This document shows, piece by piece, positions 1 through 10,985 of a stretch of 64,000 nucleotides of DNA. How positions within the stretch are numbered: position 1 is the stretch's first letter; every line of letters begins with the position of its first letter. The position numbers were made by a program, and so were the translations under genes. The notes beneath the pieces are model-generated. The model had not been told where the DNA came from. It made no database searches and was given only the letters and a program-made list of their open reading frames with translations. The stretch comes from a virus, in IMG/VR virus record IMGVR_UViG_3300031857_000082, positions 23,215-87,214 of that record; one strand, written 5' to 3'.

Positions 1-1031
1 GAGAATCCATAGTTAGGAGTATATTGTTCCCATATCTTTTTATTGTTATTATCATTCCAGATATAAAGAGTTCCTATGTTTGATTGGCTACCCCCAACTA
101 AATAGGCGTCTCCATGGTTATTGTTAAAGTCTTTGCCAGGCAATTGGCTTTCTAAATCAAGATAGTCTACAAAGTTAAAGTATTGTTTATAGTCATTTGG
201 TGCAATTAGCCCATAGTAAAGTTCTACGTATCCATCCCATGGAACTATTTCTGTTCCGTCTCTACGAGTAGAGGTTTCATCAAATGCTACAGCATCTACC
301 CATGTATCTGTTTCATCTAAATATTGTATAGACCATACTTTAGGTATGCTAGATCTTGTTCTATCATTAAGAGGATTTTTAATAACTTCATCTGTATATA
401 CTCTTACTGTCTCTGAAGAGTTTTCATCATCTGACAAATTTGTTTGCATCTTAACAACAATTCTGTTGGCAAACATAGATTCTTTATACACTACAAATGG
501 GCAAGCATCTTCAATATAATATCCTAGTGCCGTTTCTGTTTGAGAAGATATTCCTCTTTCAACATTCTCTTCTTTTCTATATGATGTCCAATATTTAAAT
601 TTATCATATTTAGAAGCAAGATAGTATCTAGGTCTTGTTCCAGATCTTATGTTATCTATATACTTTTTATTTCTAAAGACTACCTTGTTAATTCCAGACC
701 TTGGTCTAAATGGAAGAAAGCAATCTTCTAAACTATAATATAACTTTCTAGATAATTCAGGGGTAACAAAAGGAATAGGAGTCTGTCCATCATTTTCTAC
801 TACGTATTCTGATTTAATAGAAGAGTCTAAAGCATTAATGAAGGTAGGATCTTCATTACTAAAATTGATGGGTAGAATATTAAATTCATTTCCTAATGGC
901 CTATATCTATAATTACCAGATGCTGATATATCCTCTAGATCATTTAAATTCCATTCTGCTACTACAAATGATTTAATTTGTAAGGTAGTATTTTGCTCAA
1001 TATGAGACTTTAAAACTGTATCTTGAAACAT
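1..1031 (-). CDS. Minor tail protein, partial (runs off window start)
   Basis: ATG at 1031 overlaps the stop of the upstream gene; reads MFQDTVLKSHIEQNTTLQIKSFVVAEWNLN...; second gene after the tape measure. Confidence 0.6.
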   Translation of the reverse strand, partial: MFQDTVLKSHIEQNTTLQIKSFVVAEWNLNDLEDISASGNYRYRPLGNEFNILPINFSNEDPTFINALDSSIKSEYVVENDGQTPIPFVTPELSRKLYYSLEDCFLPFRPRSGINKVVFRNKKYIDNIRSGTRPRYYLASKYDKFKYWTSYRKEENVERGISSQTETALGYYIEDACPFVVYKESMFANRIVVKMQTNLSDDENSSETVRVYTDEVIKNPLNDRTRSSIPKVWSIQYLDETDTWVDAVAFDETSTRRDGTEIVPWDGYVELYYGLIAPNDYKQYFNFVDYLDLESQLPGKDFNNNHGDAYLVGGSQSNIGTLYIWNDNNNKKIWEQYTPNYGF

Positions 1032-1666
1032 TAGACTTCCTCTAGAGTTACAGACACATTACAAAAATCGTAAGTATTTCTACCTCTTTTAACAACTGAC
1101 AAATCAAATGAGGCAAAGTATACTTCTACTAATTCGTTATACTCGCCAAGTCTATTAAATTGTGGATCGTCATTTTCATCCAGCATATTACTATATCTAT
1201 CTGCAGCAATCATAACCCAAAATGAACCTGGATTATTGTTATACCAGTTTCTCATTTCTTCTGCTCCAGCACCACCGTCTGAGGTATATTGAATAAGGTT
1301 TGAGGCTGTAGGTTTTCCAGTGCTAGCACTAAACTCTGGATTTTTATTAAAGGCTCTTGAGGGTAGCATTTCCCAATTTAAAGATATTCTAAGTTTATCT
1401 GCTACATGGTATGAACGCATTTTAGCATTAATAGTTCTTTTTCTATTTTCAATTCTTTCACATGAGTATTCTATTGGTTGTCTATTATCATCAGATAGAA
1501 TTATAAAATCTTCATATTCTACCCCCGTTGGAACTAGAGTAGTTGCTCCAGCAATAGATATATGAGTATCTTTTGTCCCATAGGTTTTAGACCAAGCAAT
1601 TGCTTGTGGTCTTTTTGGAAGGCTGTTTAGATTCCAACGACCATTTAGATATGAACTACTAGCCAA
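1031..1666 (-). CDS. Minor tail protein (distal-tail position)
   Basis: 211 aa, directly after the tape measure; ends in LEEV. Confidence 0.6.
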   Translation of the reverse strand: MASSSYLNGRWNLNSLPKRPQAIAWSKTYGTKDTHISIAGATTLVPTGVEYEDFIILSDDNRQPIEYSCERIENRKRTINAKMRSYHVADKLRISLNWEMLPSRAFNKNPEFSASTGKPTASNLIQYTSDGGAGAEEMRNWYNNNPGSFWVMIAADRYSNMLDENDDPQFNRLGEYNELVEVYFASFDLSVVKRGRNTYDFCNVSVTLEEV

Positions 1667-4600
1667 CTTTTACACCTCTTAGACTTCTTGACTCTACTTG
1701 TTTAATCTTTGACATTACGGCATTTGCTATTTCATCAGGAGATGCGTCTGTTCCTGCAACATTAACATTAATGCTATAACTATTATTATACAGGCTAGGA
1801 TTAGTTTTTGCACTACCCTTTGGCATTGCTCCGCCAGGATATATATTTCCGTTTAATTGTTCAAGCAATGGCATATAAGCACTAGCAACTGATTTTCTAA
1901 TTACAAATTCTCCAGGAGTTAGTAATGCTGGAACACGATCTGTATTTCCCATTCCTGGAACCATACTTCCATATGCCATTTTTATTGCTGGAGGTGGCTC
2001 ATTTGATCCCTTGTAGTTAACCCTTCCACCCATTGCATATAGCGGTGGATTTATTTTTAATTTGTATCTACTGATTAATAAATCTCTTTCTCCTTCACTT
2101 AAAACTTTATTAGCACTATTATTAATAAATCTATTAAAATCTGAAAGTGCTGCACTTTTTGCAGATCCCCTTAATTGACCATTAATTGCTTTAGTTATTT
2201 GCTCTGCCCTCTTAACATATTTATCTTGTTGTGCCATTGGCGTTCCTGATCCTGTGTTGCTTGCTCCTCCAGAACCACCTCCGCTAAATGAGACCCCGCT
2301 TGCCTGACCTATTTTTTGTAACTCTGCAAAAATTTGTCTATAAACTTCAAGATTTGCAGTATTGTTTGCAAGACTTTTTAACTCTAACGCATATCTTTCA
2401 TCTGCTAATTTTTGTTGTAACTGTAATATAGGAATTTTTTCTTCTTCTATTTTTTTAATATCTAAACCTATTTGGTATATTCTTTCATTTGATGCTTTAA
2501 TGGCATCTTCAATTTCTTTTCTTGTCATCAATACGCCATTGACGCTTATCTTTATTGCCTTTATAGCATTTTCTCTTTGAACTTCTAGGGCTTTTCTAGC
2601 ATCTTCTATTTTATATAATGCTTCTTGAGATGTTATTTCTGCAGCCGCTTGTGCTGCAGCCCCAATATCTCCGCTAGTAAGGGCTGTTGCTAAATTAATT
2701 CTTGATTTTTGTCTATTTGCATTTCTTTGATTTGCATTATCAACCTTGTCTAATGCCTCAACTCTCTTATTATATTCTTCATTAATTTTTTCTTCTTGTT
2801 CTGATATTTTATCTAAAGCATGCTGTCTTACTTCATTTAAATCTTGTTCTTTTTCAATCTCATCTTGCTTTGCATTTATTCTTCTATCAATCAATGTTAT
2901 TTGTCTATTATAAATTTTATCTTGAATGTCAAGAACTTGCATTCTTTTATCTTCAGCACTTGTCAATCTATTTGTAATATCTACAGTATTTTTTAAATAG
3001 TCTTGATATGCTTTTTCTAAACTTATTCTTTGTTTTTGTGCCTTATTAGCAATTTCAATAGCAAGTGCTGGATCCATTTGTGCTATCTGTGCATCTGTCA
3101 GCATTGATTGTTTCTTATCAGAATTTAATACCTTTAACGCTGCTATGTATTGTTTTGTTTGTTTAATTCTTTCTTGCATCATTTGAATTTCAGTTTTATC
3201 TCCAGTGCCTGTTGTAGAGGCTGGGGTGGTTTGTTGATTCATTGCTAATAATGTTTTGTTCATTTCATCCATTTGTCCATAGGCAGCCACTGCACCAGAT
3301 AATGATATATTTTTTCCAGCCTGTGTTATTCTACCTTGTATGTCTGCTATTTGTACTGCATATGTTATAGAAGCAAACTTGTTTTCTAATGTTAAGTTAT
3401 TAAAGTCTTTTATTTTATTTAAAACATAATCAAACGATGATTCGCTACCACCAATTTTAATTGCAAAATCTATAGCGGCTTTCTTCATTTGACCTGGTTT
3501 GCCACTACCCATATTTTTATAAATATCGCTAAATTCTTTTATTGCATCTTTATTTCCTGTTTCAATCTCTAATAATAACTTGCTTCCACCCAATGCTAGA
3601 TTTCCATTTTTATCAAATCCAAATGAGTATAGTAATTCTTGTAATTGTCCTGCTTTATCTAATCCAACAATGTCTACCGCTGCTTTAAATGATGCTGCAT
3701 TAGATGAAGAAAGATTATTTTGTGCCCACATTGCAAATTTTGATGCTTCAATTTCATTTCCAACAAACTTATTGGTCCACTCCACTGCTACAGAATTATC
3801 TTTGTTTTGTATAAAATCAACTAACATAACCAAATCTTCTGGCCTTATTTGACCAGATGATACCTGCAATAGTACCTGTGCTGACTTTCCTTCATCTAAC
3901 TTGTTAGAAATTTCATTTATTTTCTTTACCTGTTCTTCTGTGTATCCACCAAGTATCAACTGATCCTTTAATGCTTGTGCAGTAGCACCTTTATCAGAAG
4001 TTGCATTTAATGAAAATTGAATTTGTTTTTGTGCTTCTTGTTGTAATGAATTTGTTTTTTCAATTATTTCATTATATTTAGATTGAGTAATTGCACCCTT
4101 TTGTAATTCTATATTTGCAAGTGCTTGTGTTTCTTCAGCAGATTTAAATGTTTGTATTGCAGATGAGATATTAAAAGAAGAGTCTTTAAAGTCTTGATTT
4201 CCTATTGTGTAAGTTCCTCCCCTACCCGCTGATATAGCAGTTCTTGCTGGCCCCTCCATAGAACCTTTATATTGACCTCTTTGTTGTGTCAACCTTAATA
4301 AGGCTTCAGAACCTGATCCTTGTGAAGATATTTGTCTTATAACTTGATTTGACAAAAGAGAGTCTTTAAGTTCTACGCCCACTACTCTTGCAAACTCTCC
4401 ACCAGAAGTTGCGTCCATCATTCCACTTGCTATTGCGTTTTGAATATAAGAAGACAGTTCAGAACTTCTTTCTGTTGAAGACATCCCTCTTAGACTTTGT
4501 AAAAATGCTTGACCTTGCTCTGTTTGTAATGCTGCAAAAGATTCTTCTTGTGCTTGAAGTTGTTTATCTGTAAATTTAACGCTATTAGATAAAGAAATTT

Positions 4601-7600
4601 GTAATGGAGTTTGTTTTCCTAAAATTTTTGCCATTACATCTAGTGCATTTGCTGCTCCACCTGCAGATGCACCTTGTTTAGCAGACTCTCTTGCTGCCTT
4701 ATCTATGCTTTCTCTATATTTCTTTAATCCTATGGCTGTTGCAGTAACTGCTGCAATTAAAATTCCCCATGGTCCAAAAAGTTTCGGTATTAAACTAGGA
4801 AATATAGACATTGCTAAAATAGCAGGAGTAAGTGTATTTATAAAATTTCCTACTCCATTTACGTATTTATTTGTGGCTTGTTGCATTTGCTGACCTATCA
4901 TTGGAAGAACAAATCCAGCACTCATAAGGCCCATTCCCATTGCTGGGTTTTTTGCCATATATTGAGCAACTCTTGATTGCATATTTGGTCTTAAACTAGA
5001 AGTTGGTCCTGCAACCCCTCTATTATTTGTTGCTAGATCCATAACTAATCTATTTTGTTCATCTGTTGCAAAATATTGAACGCCTGGAATTTTTCCACCC
5101 TTGTTATATCCAGCCATACTGCCGTTATTAATTGCTTTTAATAATGCCATATTGTTTCTAGTTGCTTCTTTGTTTACTACAAATTCCCCTGGAGTTAGCA
5201 TTGCTGGAACGGTATCTGTGTTTCCAGATCCAGGAACTATATTTCCTCTATTAAATTTAGCAATACCACCTTTATTAAGGCCTAGTGTTCTTTTAAGATT
5301 TTCATTATAGTCATCTACTAAAGATGGTCTACCTCTAGAGATTCTTGAAAATTCATCATCAGTAACTTGTTTTCTAATTTTACTTAATGCTCTATCTCTT
5401 ACATCTTGGTACCCAGGACTATATACTGCCCATTGATTTTGGCTTTTCCATTCACTATATCTGCTTTGAACAATGTCTTCTAAGCCTTTTGCTTTTCTAA
5501 AAAATTGTCCTATATCTAATTTGATAGAACCTTTTTGTAAAATTTTTGCATAATCTACTGCAGCATCTGCACCAACAAAAGGTGCTAATTCATCAATCAT
5601 ATTCATAGATTTTGGATCTAATCCAGAAAGATTCATAATTGCAGGTTTGCCAACTCTTCCTCTTTCAAATATTGCTTTTCCTCTTAATCCACCTAATGCG
5701 TATCTAGGAATCATGCCACCTTTATTTCTAAAAATTGGTTCATCTGGAGATAGTAAAATTTGTGATTCAAAATCATAAAAATCTTTTAATAACCTAGAAG
5801 TTTTTTGTTTTTTTCTTGGAGAATATGGAATACCTAATAATTCAGACACAATCATTTTTTGTTTTTCAAATTCTTTAATATTTATTGGAGCACCTATTCC
5901 TAAACTACTATATAGTTTACTTTGATTAAATTCTTTTGGTTCTACAACTGCTTGACCTAAATATCCTTTTAAACTATAGCCCCTACCAGACTGTCTTTGT
6001 TTTTCTATTCTGGTTTGGGTATGGTGTGATCTATCTCCAAGTTTTCTTCCATCTCCTCCTATAAATGCTAACTCAGCAATATCATCTCCTACGTATCCTT
6101 TATTTTTCAAAAAACTTGTTAAGTCAAGAATCTCATTACTTTCATTTGAAATTGTATTCCATCTTAAATCTTTAGGATCTGTTTTAATTTCTATTTGTCT
6201 TATCTTGTTTGCTTCAGAATATAATTTTTTTCTAATAGGAGCAAGATCTTCTATTCCGCTATTATTAAATCCAGATTTTTTAAATAACATGTCTATTTCA
6301 TCATTACTAAATCCACTTTGTCTTAATGCCATAGCATCATTAAGTCTTGCACCTTCTACAACATCTGTCCAACTTCTTGATCTTAATCTTTGTAATACAT
6401 TTTTATCAAATGCACCTAATTGTGGCCTTAGTTGTTTAATTTGCTTTCTCATTCTTGCACCTATAAGCATTCCTATATTTGCATATTGAACACCTGGAAT
6501 TTTTCCACCCATACCATATTTAGGTATCTTTCCACCCATACCATACATATGAGCACCTTCAAAGCCAGCAGGTCTCTTAGTACCTCTCCAACTTTGTTGC
6601 ATTCTTGTATATGACTGTCTATTTAAATCTTCATAAGTAGATCTATTAGCCATTTGACCAGTGCTACTTCTCATTCTTTGTTTCATTACATTTGCAGTAT
6701 CTTCTGATAATAATCTTTGTAAATGATCTGGAGATAGTCTATTTAATAGTGCTTCATTTTGTAATTCTTTTACAGAAACAAATTTAACATTAGCATATTC
6801 AGGTTTATCTATTACATCTTGAATTCTTTCAAGTCCTTTACTATCTAAGAATCTTACTTCTTTACCCGCATTTTTTGCTGCTATAGAATCAAAATTATTT
6901 TGTAGTGTTGTCTTATAAGCAGTCTTTGCCCATTTTTGACCAGCGTATGCATCTATCATCCACATACCAATGTCGCTTGTCATTTCTCTTCTAAGTTGAT
7001 CTAGTGGTACGCCTCTCTTATCAAACCCACCCATTACTCTATTTCCAACTAATTGTTTATTTGTAGTTGGATTAACAAGATATACAAGATTATTTAGTTT
7101 ACCTAATACTTCTCCAGTTGCTCTTGAAGATACTGATGCAGTTCCTAAAGGCATTCTTCTTCTATTTGGTGCAAATACTGAAAGTTCTGATGCTGCTTTT
7201 TCTGCTGCTTGCCTTGGTCCTAAGTAAGCACCAGGGTTTGCATATGTAGTGCCACCCTTATTGTATCCAGCACCTCCACCATTAATTGCGTATAGTAATC
7301 CTAAATTCTTTTCAGTTGCCTGTTTATTAACAATAAATTCTCCAGGTGTAAGCATTGCTGGAACGGTATCAGAATTGCCAGTTCCTGGAACAGTAGATCC
7401 GTCACTCATAAATATTCTTCCACCAGAATTTCTCATTTGTGGTGGTCTGATTATTCTTCCACTTGCTGCTCTTCCTGTTTGAGCAAGTCCTGCTGCAGTT
7501 TGTCCAATACCCATTGTATAAGGTGCAAGTCTTGCTGCTTCCATCATTTTTGCTATAAGAATAGTATATGAATCGCCTAAGTATTTAACTGCACCTGCTG

Positions 7601-9488
7601 CACCCATTGCTTCTGAAACTTGTTTTCTAAGTGCACTATTGGTAAATTCTGTTGCAGTTCCTAATTGTTGTGCAGCAAGGGCTGCTTCAATTTCTGCTGT
7701 TGAAAAATACTTAGTTGACTGGGTTGCATTTTTAAATGCTCCAACAATACCACCTTGTAAAAATCCTTTACTAAAAGCACCCATGAACTGAAATAGTTTT
7801 GCAAGAGTACCAGTTAAGTTCATCAACAAACCAAAGAACATCGTTCCAGCGGGTATAACAAGACCAGTAATAATAGTTGCAAATGCTATAAACCTCTTTG
7901 AAAAATCTGGTAGGCTATTAAATGCATCTGCGATGCTAGTAGCAAAATTAACTAATGGAATTGCTAACTTAACAAATATTTCACCTATAGGGGCTATTGC
8001 TAATTTAAACTTTTCTACTGCCGCTTTTAATTGAACACTAAATGCTTCTTCAATAGTTTTTAATTCTCGATCAGCAGTCATGGCTAATTCTTCAACACTG
8101 TACCCCATAGTAGCCATAACCTGTTGAGCCTGAGATCCATCTCTAATAACGTTTTCAAATAAAGCACCTAATCTTGCATATTGGTACTTACCAAATACTT
8201 CTTCTAATGCCTGTTGTTGTTCAAATTCTCCTAGTGTTGATAAGGCCTTAGCAAATGCAGTAACTGTCTTCATTAAGTCACCTTGATTAGTTTGAATAAT
8301 TGCATCTAAATTGACGCCAAACTTACCTAGTGTTTCCGTTGCTGATTTGCTTGGATTAATTAAAGATGCAAGACCAGACTTTAAAGCGTTTGCACCCTGT
8401 TCTGCACTCACACCACCTTCTTGCATTGCTGCTAGAAATACGGTTAAATCTTTTACGTCTCCACCCAAACCTTGAATTACTGGTGCTACACGTGGTATTG
8501 CTGCTGCAATATCTTGTAGGCTTACTACAGTTTGGTTTTCTACCATATTTAGATAGTTAATAGTATCTGCTAATTCATTTCCTGAAAGTTTAAAAGCACT
8601 TTGAAGTGCAATGGTTGTTTCTAATGCTGCATTTTGATCCATCTGGCCAAGGGTTGCTAGTCTTGTAGCCTGACTTACTGCATCTGTTAAATCTGAATTT
8701 CTTCTACCTGCTGCTGCAGCCTGGGCTGCTAGACTCATTGTGTCTTTAACTGCTATACCATATTTAGTATATTCTCTACCAAGATCTTGTACTGCTTTTA
8801 AGTTATCTTGCATTTCTCTTGGAGTTGTAAATAAGTCTCCATATACTTTCTTAAATGCTACCGTTTGTTTTTCTAAATCAGCAAATACCTTGCCTGCTGT
8901 TGTTCCAAATATAGTTAATGGAACTGTAAAACCAACCATAAGTTGACGTCCAGCCCATTGTACGTTTTTACCAAAATTTACAAGTTGAGTTGTTCCCTGT
9001 CTAAACATTGATGAAAGAATCTGAGTTCTTTGAGAAGCAATAGTAGCCTGATCGGCAAATGCTTGTAGTGGTCTAATTGCAAGAGCGTCTTGCATTCCTT
9101 TTGATGATTTGGCTGTTGCGATAAATTGAGTTTGAAGTACGCTAGCCTTTTGTCTTGCTAAGTCTAATGTTTCTGCAAATAGTGCACCATTTTTTACATA
9201 TCTTGCACTAAAATACTGTCCAAGTGTTGCTTGTCCTTTTTTAAGAGTATCATCTAAGGCTCCAGCAGCAGTACGCATTCTTACTGATTCAGCAGTAAAT
9301 ACCTTGCTGGAGTTAACCATATCTGCAAGGCTAGAGGCGTATTTTTGAGAGGCTGCTAATGAAGCAGCGTTATTTTTATTTAATGATAGGAAAACAGAAT
9401 TAATCTGTTGTTGTAAAATCTTTAGTTCTGCAGCAGATTTGCCAGTATTGATTTCAATGTCAACAATACCTTTTACTACTTCAGCCAC
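1659..9488 (-). CDS. Tail tape measure protein
   Basis: 2609 aa; TP901-like TMP core in the N-terminal part, hydrophobic segments, coiled coil; follows the tail chaperones. Confidence 0.92.
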   Translation of the reverse strand: MAEVVKGIVDIEINTGKSAAELKILQQQINSVFLSLNKNNAASLAASQKYASSLADMVNSSKVFTAESVRMRTAAGALDDTLKKGQATLGQYFSARYVKNGALFAETLDLARQKASVLQTQFIATAKSSKGMQDALAIRPLQAFADQATIASQRTQILSSMFRQGTTQLVNFGKNVQWAGRQLMVGFTVPLTIFGTTAGKVFADLEKQTVAFKKVYGDLFTTPREMQDNLKAVQDLGREYTKYGIAVKDTMSLAAQAAAAGRRNSDLTDAVSQATRLATLGQMDQNAALETTIALQSAFKLSGNELADTINYLNMVENQTVVSLQDIAAAIPRVAPVIQGLGGDVKDLTVFLAAMQEGGVSAEQGANALKSGLASLINPSKSATETLGKFGVNLDAIIQTNQGDLMKTVTAFAKALSTLGEFEQQQALEEVFGKYQYARLGALFENVIRDGSQAQQVMATMGYSVEELAMTADRELKTIEEAFSVQLKAAVEKFKLAIAPIGEIFVKLAIPLVNFATSIADAFNSLPDFSKRFIAFATIITGLVIPAGTMFFGLLMNLTGTLAKLFQFMGAFSKGFLQGGIVGAFKNATQSTKYFSTAEIEAALAAQQLGTATEFTNSALRKQVSEAMGAAGAVKYLGDSYTILIAKMMEAARLAPYTMGIGQTAAGLAQTGRAASGRIIRPPQMRNSGGRIFMSDGSTVPGTGNSDTVPAMLTPGEFIVNKQATEKNLGLLYAINGGGAGYNKGGTTYANPGAYLGPRQAAEKAASELSVFAPNRRRMPLGTASVSSRATGEVLGKLNNLVYLVNPTTNKQLVGNRVMGGFDKRGVPLDQLRREMTSDIGMWMIDAYAGQKWAKTAYKTTLQNNFDSIAAKNAGKEVRFLDSKGLERIQDVIDKPEYANVKFVSVKELQNEALLNRLSPDHLQRLLSEDTANVMKQRMRSSTGQMANRSTYEDLNRQSYTRMQQSWRGTKRPAGFEGAHMYGMGGKIPKYGMGGKIPGVQYANIGMLIGARMRKQIKQLRPQLGAFDKNVLQRLRSRSWTDVVEGARLNDAMALRQSGFSNDEIDMLFKKSGFNNSGIEDLAPIRKKLYSEANKIRQIEIKTDPKDLRWNTISNESNEILDLTSFLKNKGYVGDDIAELAFIGGDGRKLGDRSHHTQTRIEKQRQSGRGYSLKGYLGQAVVEPKEFNQSKLYSSLGIGAPINIKEFEKQKMIVSELLGIPYSPRKKQKTSRLLKDFYDFESQILLSPDEPIFRNKGGMIPRYALGGLRGKAIFERGRVGKPAIMNLSGLDPKSMNMIDELAPFVGADAAVDYAKILQKGSIKLDIGQFFRKAKGLEDIVQSRYSEWKSQNQWAVYSPGYQDVRDRALSKIRKQVTDDEFSRISRGRPSLVDDYNENLKRTLGLNKGGIAKFNRGNIVPGSGNTDTVPAMLTPGEFVVNKEATRNNMALLKAINNGSMAGYNKGGKIPGVQYFATDEQNRLVMDLATNNRGVAGPTSSLRPNMQSRVAQYMAKNPAMGMGLMSAGFVLPMIGQQMQQATNKYVNGVGNFINTLTPAILAMSIFPSLIPKLFGPWGILIAAVTATAIGLKKYRESIDKAARESAKQGASAGGAANALDVMAKILGKQTPLQISLSNSVKFTDKQLQAQEESFAALQTEQGQAFLQSLRGMSSTERSSELSSYIQNAIASGMMDATSGGEFARVVGVELKDSLLSNQVIRQISSQGSGSEALLRLTQQRGQYKGSMEGPARTAISAGRGGTYTIGNQDFKDSSFNISSAIQTFKSAEETQALANIELQKGAITQSKYNEIIEKTNSLQQEAQKQIQFSLNATSDKGATAQALKDQLILGGYTEEQVKKINEISNKLDEGKSAQVLLQVSSGQIRPEDLVMLVDFIQNKDNSVAVEWTNKFVGNEIEASKFAMWAQNNLSSSNAASFKAAVDIVGLDKAGQLQELLYSFGFDKNGNLALGGSKLLLEIETGNKDAIKEFSDIYKNMGSGKPGQMKKAAIDFAIKIGGSESSFDYVLNKIKDFNNLTLENKFASITYAVQIADIQGRITQAGKNISLSGAVAAYGQMDEMNKTLLAMNQQTTPASTTGTGDKTEIQMMQERIKQTKQYIAALKVLNSDKKQSMLTDAQIAQMDPALAIEIANKAQKQRISLEKAYQDYLKNTVDITNRLTSAEDKRMQVLDIQDKIYNRQITLIDRRINAKQDEIEKEQDLNEVRQHALDKISEQEEKINEEYNKRVEALDKVDNANQRNANRQKSRINLATALTSGDIGAAAQAAAEITSQEALYKIEDARKALEVQRENAIKAIKISVNGVLMTRKEIEDAIKASNERIYQIGLDIKKIEEEKIPILQLQQKLADERYALELKSLANNTANLEVYRQIFAELQKIGQASGVSFSGGGSGGASNTGSGTPMAQQDKYVKRAEQITKAINGQLRGSAKSAALSDFNRFINNSANKVLSEGERDLLISRYKLKINPPLYAMGGRVNYKGSNEPPPAIKMAYGSMVPGMGNTDRVPALLTPGEFVIRKSVASAYMPLLEQLNGNIYPGGAMPKGSAKTNPSLYNNSYSINVNVAGTDASPDEIANAVMSKIKQVESRSLRGVKVG

Positions 9489-9868
9489 TATTCAATCACC
9501 TCATAATCTAACCCTTCGCCAATACCGAATCCTGCTCTTTGTGCTGCAGCACCCTGTAATGAAACTATGTCATTTGGATTAGTTGTTTTACCACCACTAA
9601 ATGCTTTGGCCTTAATTCTTTCCCAAGCATCTTGACCATTGGACGAATCGGAGTTCTTATCTAAATCAACGCCTTGCATTGCTGCCAGGAATTTACGATT
9701 ATCGTTTTCTTCCTTTTGCTTTGCTTGTAGTATTGCTACTAACTCTGGCATCGATATACTGTCCTCCATCTCCTCGTAATTCTTCCAAAAACCTAGAAGA
9801 AATACTTTGGATTCTAGTTCGGCTAGATCTAGTTCGTTCCAACTAGAGCCGCCGCTAGTGCGTTTGGG
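9488..9868 (-). CDS. Tail assembly chaperone, frameshifted C-terminal part (gpGT-like)
   Basis: The -1 frame is open from the CCCAAAC slippery site through SWNELDLAELESKVFLLGFWKNYEEMEDS... Confidence 0.8.
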   Translation of the reverse strand, partial: PKRTSGGSSWNELDLAELESKVFLLGFWKNYEEMEDSISMPELVAILQAKQKEENDNRKFLAAMQGVDLDKNSDSSNGQDAWERIKAKAFSGGKTTNPNDIVSLQGAAAQRAGFGIGEGLDYEVIE

Positions 9869-10164
9869 TCGTTCAACTTAATACCTGCCGCTACTTCAAT
9901 AACTTTATAAACAGTTGGAAGATCAATTAAATCTTCTAATTTTGCTTTATCAGCAATATCTGGCTTATATTGTTTCATTGCAATAACTGCACAATCAAGT
10001 AGAAGGTCCATAGATTTAATGTTGTCTTCTGCTATTTTTTCATCTGATATTTTTTGAAATTCTTTCATAAAATCTCTTAATACAGAAATTTTTAATGGTT
10101 TCATTTCTACTTTTGTACCATCTTGTAATTCAATTTCTACAACTTCGTAAACACTTGTTGCCAC
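9829..10164 (-). CDS. Tail assembly chaperone (gpG-like)
   Basis: GTG start with AGGAGG RBS; lies between tail tube and tape measure. Confidence 0.8.
   Translation of the reverse strand: MATSVYEVVEIELQDGTKVEMKPLKISVLRDFMKEFQKISDEKIAEDNIKSMDLLLDCAVIAMKQYKPDIADKAKLEDLIDLPTVYKVIEVAAGIKLNDPNALAAALVGTN
9862..9868 (-). other. -1 programmed ribosomal frameshift site C CCA AAC
   Basis: X XXY YYZ heptamer in the correct phase; the -1 frame has a TAA four codons upstream, so the shift must occur in this short window. Confidence 0.75.
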
Positions 10165-10201
10165 GTAAAGCCTCCTTAAGACTATATAAAAATTATAGCA
10201 C

Positions 10202-10230
10202 AAAACCCACCCCCCAAAAAGGAGAGTGGG
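10202..10230 (-). terminator. Intrinsic terminator after tail tube gene
   Basis: CCCACTCTCC/GGGGGGTGGG stem followed by a T run. Confidence 0.6.
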
Positions 10231-10252
10231 CCAAGTGTTTTATTAAGTTGTA

Positions 10253-10936
10253 TTACATTTGTGCTGGGGCTTGTCCAACTGTTCTGTCGACAATTTTGCC
10301 GTATGAACCGTTAGATGCTGACAACAGACGGAATGTAACTTCGAACATAGAAGGTGTATCACGCTTTGCAGAAACTGATACATTCTCGATTGAGAGTGCA
10401 CGGTTTGCTACGTAAATACGTTCTACTGCGTTGTTTCCTGTTTTTGTTGGATCTCCAGATCCTGGACCAACAGCAACAAGAGCACGCTCTACTGGAACAT
10501 CGCCAATATCTCCTGAAGAGAGATTTAAGCGAGCACCGCCGAATCCTTTGTCTGCTTCTTTTGCTGCAATTGCAGTAACCAAGTTATCAAGTGTTGCTTC
10601 TGCAAAACCTGTAACCATAGAAACTTGCATACCTTGTTTGTAAAGTTTTGCAACGTCTAGCAATTGATCAACTTGAACTTCACCAAAGTCTGGTTGGAAT
10701 TGTAATTCCAAACCATTCATTGTGTAGCCAACACTTGACCAATCTGCTGAATCAGCAAGGGTGTCTTTGTAGGATGAGTTAGCCTGAAATGCTGGAAGAT
10801 CAGAAGTTCCTGTTCCAGTAAATGAGTAAATTGCTGATGCACCTGTTCCTGAAACGTATTCCAGTGGGCTATCTGCAATAAACAATGCTGCTGCACCTAC
10901 GATGATTTGTTTTGAATCACCACGTGTATATGCCAT
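10253..10936 (-). CDS. Major tail (tube) protein
   Basis: 227 aa; GYTMNGLELQFQPDFGEVQVDQLLD motif typical of actinophage tail tubes; position. Confidence 0.85.
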   Translation of the reverse strand: MAYTRGDSKQIIVGAAALFIADSPLEYVSGTGASAIYSFTGTGTSDLPAFQANSSYKDTLADSADWSSVGYTMNGLELQFQPDFGEVQVDQLLDVAKLYKQGMQVSMVTGFAEATLDNLVTAIAAKEADKGFGGARLNLSSGDIGDVPVERALVAVGPGSGDPTKTGNNAVERIYVANRALSIENVSVSAKRDTPSMFEVTFRLLSASNGSYGKIVDRTVGQAPAQM

Positions 10937-10985
10937 ATTTTTTTCCTCCTCTATTTTTTAACATAGTGGGGGCGTATCCTCAATA

